From: an uncultured virus (IMG/VR IMGVR_UViG_3300023175_001302)
Taxonomy: Duplodnaviria > Heunggongvirae > Uroviricota > Caudoviricetes
Strand: one strand, 5' to 3'
Virus record (IMG/VR): IMGVR_UViG_3300023175_001302
Length of the DNA: 20,000 nucleotides
Below are positions 15,381 to 20,000 of the stretch, piece after piece. Positions within the stretch are counted from its first letter, which is position 1; every line of letters begins with the position of its first letter. Position numbers and translations under genes: made by a program. The notes below the pieces were generated by a model. The model worked only from the letters and a program-made list of their open reading frames with translations. It did no database searches and was not told the origin of the DNA.

Positions 15381-17456
15381 TTAACTTCCTATTGAATTAA
15401 TATCGGTTTTATCAATTGTATTTGTGGTATTATCATACGGACTTGAAAGACCAGAAGAATATCCAGAGAAACCATTTTGACTTGTAGGTGCCTGTGGGGT
15501 TGCTTGTGATAATCCATGACCTGCGCTTAAAGCAGTTAATGTACCATCTGTTCTTGTAGAAGATACATCAGCAAATACATAGTCTCCGTATGTACCCAAT
15601 AACTCACCATTTGGATCATTATGTGGGATTTTAGCTACAAAAGAAGAGTTATAGTTTGTTGGATCAGACGGCATAGTAGAACCAGATATTAATAACTGAT
15701 TATTAGAATCTATATCGGCTCCATTAATAAAAATATCATTGTATCCGTAAGAATTTGATGCTATTGTTGTCAAACCAACATCTGATAATAATTCACCTGT
15801 AGTATCATACTTCAATATATATGTTGCTTGCGACCAAGCACTTACAGATACTACGATATTTCCGTCACTAAGTGGATTAATTCCTGCCACTCTCCAACTA
15901 GAAGATGGATGCAGACTGTTTGTATACCTCTTAATCCAAATTATACTACCGTCACTTGGATTAAGTTTAATTAATACAGCGTTATCAGAATTAGTAGAAA
16001 TATTTCTACCTTTGCCTCCCAATAGTAAATTACCCTCACCATCTATTTCTATACAATTACATTGTATATTATGAAGTGTATCTGCAGCAGATATATGATA
16101 TCCTGTAACAATACTACCGTTAGTCGAATTTAATTTAACAAGAAGAGTTTGCCCCCATCCACTGCTAGGAGAATAATCTCCTATGAACCAAACATCTCCA
16201 TTAGAATCGGTAACAGATCCTCTCCAATCGTTGTAATTGTAACTAGAATTATATATAACTTGGTGCCATGACATGGAACCAGATGAATCATATTTTGCTA
16301 CCACACCATTATGCGTGGAGCTAAAACTTCCGCTACCCATATACGATCCAGATTTGCCACCAACAAATGCGTTATCATTAGAATCTAAAGATACCGTATG
16401 CCATTCTTCATTATAACCACCATTATAAAATTTTTGCCATACAAAGCTACCATCAACTGTTGACATCTTAGCAAGCAGAGCTATATCGCCTTGAGTAGCA
16501 TTTACATCTTCGGTTAAACCTGCCAACACAATGCTTCCATCTGAGTAAATTGCGGTAGAGTGAATTCTGTTAGCACCTGATGTTGTTCCGAAAGATTTAT
16601 TATATACAATAGTACCGTTAGGCTCTATTTTAGTGACTGCGGACTTAGACGGATATCCTGCCTGACCAACTGCGTATATATTATCATCCGAATCTTTTGT
16701 AACATCATAATAAGAATTATATTCATAAGTTATGTTTAAATCATCCGATCTTATAACCCATGCATTATCAATTAAACCTTCAGTAGACACTGGGGCTACA
16801 GGAGCAACATAAGCATCTGAACCAACATTTATTTGTCCGCCCATACCAACACCGTGTACACCACAGTAATACATTAAGTTCAATGGTCTAGGAGATGGAA
16901 CTGTAAATGTAACTGTTGCACCAGCTTGTCCTGCTGTGCCTAATGTAGTAACGCCACTTGTAAACGCTGTCTGTCCCATATCTGTAGTGAATTGTAGAGG
17001 ATGCCCAGAGTTTGAAGCGTCACTCATATCAAATATATAAGTGTAACCAGTTTGTAGTGTAATGTGTGGGTTTTCTGTAAATTCTGTATCGCCCGCAGTA
17101 TCATTTCTTAGATAGAAAACATCACCAGGACCGCCTGGAATTCCTCTACCATTATATCTGAAACCAGATGCTACTGTAACTGTGTAGTTTACAATAGGCG
17201 ATGTAGATGTTAGTGGTAATTCAGTACCTTGTACATCATATGTGTATCCACCCATCAAACCTTCACTATCAGTGTATTCACTAATATCTGTTTTAACATC
17301 TTCTAGTGCGGCAATAAGAAATCCACCAGGTGTTACCCCATCATGTACAACTAATCTCTTTTTATCTGTATCGACCGTTACTTCGCCTTCTGCTCCGACA
17401 AAATTTGCGTGTTCTGCTGAAGTACCACGTCTTAGTTTCACTCTATATGCTGGCAT
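15381..17456 (-). CDS. Tail fibre/adhesin-like protein: Mtd-like N-terminus, cupredoxin-like domain and beta-propeller
   Basis: KLRRGTSAEH..FVG.EGEVTVDTD; YTYIFDMSDASNSGHPL...YYCGVHGVGMGG; repeats of type DSxDNxxVxG...vxKyDxxGxxxW. Confidence 0.7.
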   Translation of the reverse strand: MPAYRVKLRRGTSAEHANFVGAEGEVTVDTDKKRLVVHDGVTPGGFLIAALEDVKTDISEYTDSEGLMGGYTYDVQGTELPLTSTSPIVNYTVTVASGFRYNGRGIPGGPGDVFYLRNDTAGDTEFTENPHITLQTGYTYIFDMSDASNSGHPLQFTTDMGQTAFTSGVTTLGTAGQAGATVTFTVPSPRPLNLMYYCGVHGVGMGGQINVGSDAYVAPVAPVSTEGLIDNAWVIRSDDLNITYEYNSYYDVTKDSDDNIYAVGQAGYPSKSAVTKIEPNGTIVYNKSFGTTSGANRIHSTAIYSDGSIVLAGLTEDVNATQGDIALLAKMSTVDGSFVWQKFYNGGYNEEWHTVSLDSNDNAFVGGKSGSYMGSGSFSSTHNGVVAKYDSSGSMSWHQVIYNSSYNYNDWRGSVTDSNGDVWFIGDYSPSSGWGQTLLVKLNSTNGSIVTGYHISAADTLHNIQCNCIEIDGEGNLLLGGKGRNISTNSDNAVLIKLNPSDGSIIWIKRYTNSLHPSSSWRVAGINPLSDGNIVVSVSAWSQATYILKYDTTGELLSDVGLTTIASNSYGYNDIFINGADIDSNNQLLISGSTMPSDPTNYNSSFVAKIPHNDPNGELLGTYGDYVFADVSSTRTDGTLTALSAGHGLSQATPQAPTSQNGFSGYSSGLSSPYDNTTNTIDKTDINSIGS

Positions 17457-17480
17457 ATTTAATCTCCTAGTTATATACCG

Positions 17481-17488
17481 TATTTATT
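17481..17488 (-). promoter_or_regulatory. Putative late promoter AATAAATA
   Basis: ATAAATA core about 25 nt upstream of the ATG at 17456, ahead of an AGGAG SD. Confidence 0.5.
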
Positions 17489-17521
17489 TCATTTTTTATT
17501 CTGTTTATATCATATTATTAT

Positions 17522-19273
17522 TTAAATCAAACCCAACACTGTTGCGTCAACATCTACTAGTGTTACACTTGCTGTGGTTCCAGATGTTCTTCTCCATACT
17601 GTTGCCCATATGCCTTGAACTGTGCCTGGATTATCAAATGTTTTATCTGCCCATAAACTCCAGTTAACATCGTCATGTGAAATATAGTGTGCTGAATATC
17701 CTGTAGTTGGATTAAAGTATAACGCTGACCACCATGAACTCCTTGAACCCGGATTGAATTTTGTACTCCATCCATATGTACCACTTTCATCAGACGCAGA
17801 GTTATTAACACTATTGCCGTCGCCTCTAAGTTCTGTAGCACTAAGCATATCAGCACTTCCTTCACTCGCATATGTAGTAGTCGCAGTGAAAGCCCAACCG
17901 CCTAGTTTTCTATTCATTATGCCACCGTCCATATCGTCATATTTTACTTTAAACCAAACACCTTCGTTATTACCAGGAGAAACTGCAGCCAAGAAGTTAG
18001 CATTTGGTACTACACCGGCAAAGGTATCACCACCACTGTTAAGTGACCACTTGTAAGTGTTAGCATCATAAGTAGCACCAACATTGTAACTTGAATTTCT
18101 AAGTGAATATCCATCGTCCCATGTTCCGCTAAATGCTGAAACTGAAGTTGATGTAACAGAAGCAGGGCCTCTGACCCATACATATCCAGGTAATGTATTT
18201 GTACTTGATGTACCATTCCATTCACAATACCCAGCACTAGTTGTTTTTGGAGTATTACCACCTGAAGCGCCAAAACCAAACCCAGAGTCAGAGCGAGTTC
18301 CATGATTAGAACCAAATGTGATTCCATTATTATCTAACGGACAACCAATCCAAGCTCCTCCACGACCGACCGACGCAAACCCCTCTGCAGTTGTTGAGTT
18401 TGAAGCATCAGAACTCCACATACCTATACCATATTTTTGAACATACCTTTCAAACAAGCCTGTATTTGTAAATGTATTTCCATTATATTCAAATGCAGTG
18501 TCGTGATATAATACATTAGTAGTATAAGATGGTGATGTAGAATTAGCAGCGACTATATTATTTTGTCCATTAGCCGCAGTAGCTCCACCAGAAGCAGTAA
18601 TAGCTTCAGCAAATGTTCTTTCTGTTGTGAAATTCATAATAGGAGGATATTTAGCAGTTCCATCTTGGTGCATTTCCATCATAAGATGATCAAACTTTAT
18701 ATTATTCCATGTAGCATACTTTGAAAAATTACCTGAAGTTAAATCATCATCTGTTTCATTATGCAGTGTTGTATTTGTCCATAGCGGATTTCCAGATGTC
18801 ATGTCTCCTTGATTATGAACTTTTAATAAAAGATACCAGTCATTTCCGTCTACATAATTAAATTTACAATATGCTTGGAATGGAGTGCCATTTGATATAG
18901 AATTATCAAACCAATACATTCCATCAGTTGTAATACCAGCTGCTCTTAATGCTGTTATATCACTAGCTGGACTTGCTGAAGAAGAGCCTAGTCCAGATCC
19001 TGCTGTACCAGAAACTTGAACTGTTGGTTCTACTGGAGTACCATTATGTATTTCCGATAATAGATTACCTAAAACACCAGTACTATCTTGTAGTTGGCTA
19101 ACATCTGTAATAAGATCACTAAATTTTGGCACTGCTTTGCCACCATTTGTAGTACCATCATGTACTACAAGTGTATTAGTGTCTGTAGTTACAACTACTT
19201 CCCCTTCCAATCCAGTAAAGGATGCATTTTCTGCTGTTGTCCCTCTTCTAAATTGTATCGCATATGCTACCAT
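17522..19273 (-). CDS. Tail fibre/adhesin-like protein: Mtd-like N-terminus plus fibrinogen-C/intelectin-like domain
   Basis: IQFRRGTTAEN..FTG.EGEVVV.TD; SPASD...TDGMYWF...PFQAYC...DGNDWYLLLK resembles the start of a fibrinogen-related domain. AGGAG SD. Confidence 0.7.
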   Translation of the reverse strand: MVAYAIQFRRGTTAENASFTGLEGEVVVTTDTNTLVVHDGTTNGGKAVPKFSDLITDVSQLQDSTGVLGNLLSEIHNGTPVEPTVQVSGTAGSGLGSSSASPASDITALRAAGITTDGMYWFDNSISNGTPFQAYCKFNYVDGNDWYLLLKVHNQGDMTSGNPLWTNTTLHNETDDDLTSGNFSKYATWNNIKFDHLMMEMHQDGTAKYPPIMNFTTERTFAEAITASGGATAANGQNNIVAANSTSPSYTTNVLYHDTAFEYNGNTFTNTGLFERYVQKYGIGMWSSDASNSTTAEGFASVGRGGAWIGCPLDNNGITFGSNHGTRSDSGFGFGASGGNTPKTTSAGYCEWNGTSSTNTLPGYVWVRGPASVTSTSVSAFSGTWDDGYSLRNSSYNVGATYDANTYKWSLNSGGDTFAGVVPNANFLAAVSPGNNEGVWFKVKYDDMDGGIMNRKLGGWAFTATTTYASEGSADMLSATELRGDGNSVNNSASDESGTYGWSTKFNPGSRSSWWSALYFNPTTGYSAHYISHDDVNWSLWADKTFDNPGTVQGIWATVWRRTSGTTASVTLVDVDATVLGLI

Positions 19274-19320
19274 TTATTTTCTCCTAAATTAAATCTTTAT
19301 CATTCCCATGGCGAAATTAG

Positions 19321-19998
19321 TCATTGTATACTGGTTCCTAAATCAATTAATGTGTTAGAATTCACAGATGCATATGCTTGTGCTGAATTAGTTATTAGCG
19401 CAACTTCATCAGAGAAATCAGGCTGTGTCGCACCATATACAGTTACACTTGTTGGATATCTATAAGCAGAGTCAGAACTACCCAACTGTAGATATCTCAA
19501 TTCAGTTCCATGTACATATGAAGCACCTAAATCATATTCAAGTGTGAACGGTAGTGTATCCAGATTAGTGTGTTCACTATTTTGTGGACTCTGAGCGTTA
19601 TTTACAAGGGCAATCGTTGGTGATTGGCTTGTAGCTGTACTACCAGTACCATACCAGTTTGTGATTGTTTGTCCAGTAATAAAGTCAGTTGCACCATTTT
19701 CACCAGTAAATGAAATTTCTGTTACTTGTGCTTGTGTACCACTACTAACACTGTTTAATACTACTTTCATATATCTGTATGATGTAGATGTAGGAGTAGT
19801 TTCAGTCACAGTACCTTGATATGGGTATCTGAATATCACGACACCAGATCCACCGTTACCACCTGTACTTGAAGAGCTACTACCAGAAGCATAAGAGCCA
19901 CCGCCGCCGCCACCTGTATTTGCTGTAGCATTTGCGCCATTTCCGGAACCGTTTGAACCAGCTCCACCGCCGCCAAGTCCGCCAGCTCCGCCAGCTCC
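19321..19998 (-). CDS. Glycine-rich tail-fibre-like protein, C-terminal part (start lies beyond the right edge)
   Basis: The frame is open from the window edge: GAGGAGGLGGGGAG...ANTGGGGGG...GGNGGSGVVIFRY, then a beta-rich domain with YRYMKVV and LRYLQL. The GTG start at 19839 in the ORF track is internal. Confidence 0.75.
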   Translation of the reverse strand, partial: GAGGAGGLGGGGAGSNGSGNGANATANTGGGGGGSYASGSSSSSTGGNGGSGVVIFRYPYQGTVTETTPTSTSYRYMKVVLNSVSSGTQAQVTEISFTGENGATDFITGQTITNWYGTGSTATSQSPTIALVNNAQSPQNSEHTNLDTLPFTLEYDLGASYVHGTELRYLQLGSSDSAYRYPTSVTVYGATQPDFSDEVALITNSAQAYASVNSNTLIDLGTSIQ

Positions 19999-20000
19999 GC

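Noticed and set aside
14239..19273. Diversity-generating retroelement suggested by the Mtd-like N-termini
   Set aside because: No reverse transcriptase and no TR/VR repeat pair with adenine-specific mismatches were seen in the window.
717..19323. Possible TAG recoding (none of the called genes ends in TAG)
   Set aside because: Genes are full length under the standard code with no in-frame TAG; TAA preference is expected in AT-rich DNA.
9..19465. All plus-strand ORFs and the short alternative-frame minus-strand ORFs in the track
   Set aside because: They overlap well-supported minus-strand genes, show no recognisable motifs, and read as antisense or frame shadows.
19850..20000. GC-rich repetitive stretch
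   Set aside because: Explained by glycine codons of the tail protein; it is not a separate repeat element or CRISPR array.

Overview
A 20 kb AT-rich segment of a large T4-like (myovirus-type) bacteriophage. All credible genes are on the minus strand. In transcription order (right to left) it carries four tail/adhesin-type genes (three share an Mtd-like N-terminal module), a coiled-coil hypothetical, the terminase large subunit, a 476-aa hypothetical, gp32-type SSB, UvsX/RecA, QueD-like, a small acidic protein, UvsY and class Ia ribonucleotide reductase nrdA-nrdB. These are followed by a terminator-bounded cluster of six putative early genes ending in an AAA+ ATPase, then the 5' part of a UvsW-like helicase. 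The most unusual signals are regulatory. (1) Three sigma70-type early promoters each carry a GANTC site matching the GcrA-preferred YGAKTCK motif at an identical offset, suggesting use of the alphaproteobacterial CcrM/GcrA methylation circuit. (2) The terminator hairpin of the ATPase gene has a loop complementary to that gene's own ribosome-binding site, with a weaker parallel in ssb. (3) Two promoters nest an ATAAATA late-type motif inside a sigma70 spacer and an inverted repeat. Protein calls rest on motif recognition only; no database searches were run.
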